Assembly (NCBI GenBank): GCA_030141605.1
Contig: JAQGDQ010002371.1
Location: 124,001 to 188,000, forward strand
Length of the DNA stretch: 64,000 nucleotides
Direction of reading: 5' to 3'
Origin: Tubiluchus corallicola
Lineage: Eukaryota > Animalia > Priapulida
In this document: positions 63,378 through 64,000 of the stretch, one piece after another
Numbering within the stretch: the stretch's first letter is position 1
Layout of the letters: every line of letters starts with the position of its first letter
Program-made: the position numbers and the translations under genes
The notes under the pieces: generated by a model
Databases searched by the model: none
What the model was told of the DNA's origin: nothing
The model's input: only the letters and a program-made list of their open reading frames with translations

Positions 63378-63735
63378 TTACGTTTCCATACTGGACTCGG
63401 GTGCCTTCATCTGCGATTGCTCGACAGACGGCAGCTCCTTTGTTCCAGTGGCAACGTCGGGGGTTTTTCCACCCTCGGTACTCACTTCTGGACCCTTATC
63501 CACCGTTTGAACAGGTGTTTCCGGTTCCTTGGCTTTCCCTTGGTTTTTCTTTTTGGACTGGAACGTGACTCGTTTGCATCCGGCGTACGGAGCAAACTCC
63601 AGTCGTTCCAGACCTGACAGGGACGGTTCCCAGACCGCTACTACGTGTAGCATTCCGCCGACCCCTTTTGACCCACCGCGGACCTCCATGTGCTTCCGTT
63701 GGAGTTCCGAATTACATCGGTCCACCAACGTCAGC
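63378..63735 (-). pseudogene. Truncated upstream region (ORF1 3' end or ORF2 N-terminal extension) of the retrotransposon
   Basis: 116-aa ORF in the same frame as APE, separated by a single TAA; ends at the TSD. Confidence 0.6.
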
Positions 63736-63751
63736 TAAAAACACCGTAACA

Positions 63752-64000
63752 CCATAAAAGAAATGGATCTCATACTAAATAAAGATAAAACAGAAGAGTA
63801 TCACATAAAAAGGAATGGAGATGATGCTTGGAGGAAATGTATATACTTAGGCAGTCTTCTAGCAACAAATAAAAAACCCTAGCACTAGCTGCATATTCCA
63901 AATTAACAAAAAAAATTGAAAGTAAGAGGATCAGTTTAGATACAAATTTAAGAATCTTTGCTGCACTTGTGGAAACTGTGTTTATCTATAACTCACAACA
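63752..64000 (+). mobile_element. RTE-like LINE RT C-terminal fragment
   Basis: KEMDLILNKDKTEEYHIKRNGDDAWRKCIYLGSLL ... LALAAYSKL...ISLDTNLRIFAALVETVFIYNS (N-x-x-KT, YLGS, YNS motifs), frameshifted. Confidence 0.8.

Larger units (their letters stand above)
60908..63735 (-). mobile_element. Non-LTR retrotransposon (APE + RNase H, LOA/Lian/R1-group-like), 5'-truncated, RT domain deleted
   Basis: 13-bp TSD taaaaacaccgta at 60895-60907 and 63736-63748; APE, RNase H and Zn-knuckle coding segments; no YADD/RT motifs. Confidence 0.92.

Overview
AT-rich, microsatellite-rich animal (probably invertebrate) genomic DNA; not prokaryotic, no CRISPR. About 1-35.6 kb shows no protein-coding gene I can support, only repeats: LINE relics, SINE relics, MITEs and microsatellites. 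From 35671 to 58453 on + I reconstruct by hand a 16-exon gene with GT-AG introns and mutually consistent phases. It encodes a ~1128-aa secreted, probably GPI-anchored protein: signal peptide, 2 GDNF/GAS1 Cys-rich domains, an acidic/Ser-Gly/Thr-rich linker, 2 GFR-alpha D2/D3-like domains, a Thr stalk, then a C-terminal region resembling RECK without its Kazal domains. This apparent GFRalpha/GAS1-RECK chimera is the most interesting item. Intron 8 hosts an intronless antisense IQCG/DRC9 gene (50888-52021) with a near-consensus RFX X-box ~200 bp upstream. At 60908-63735 is a minus-strand APE + RNase H non-LTR retrotransposon with a 13-bp target-site duplication, 5'-truncated and missing its RT domain, flanked by older LINE fragments. 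All homology calls are by-eye recognition, not database searches.
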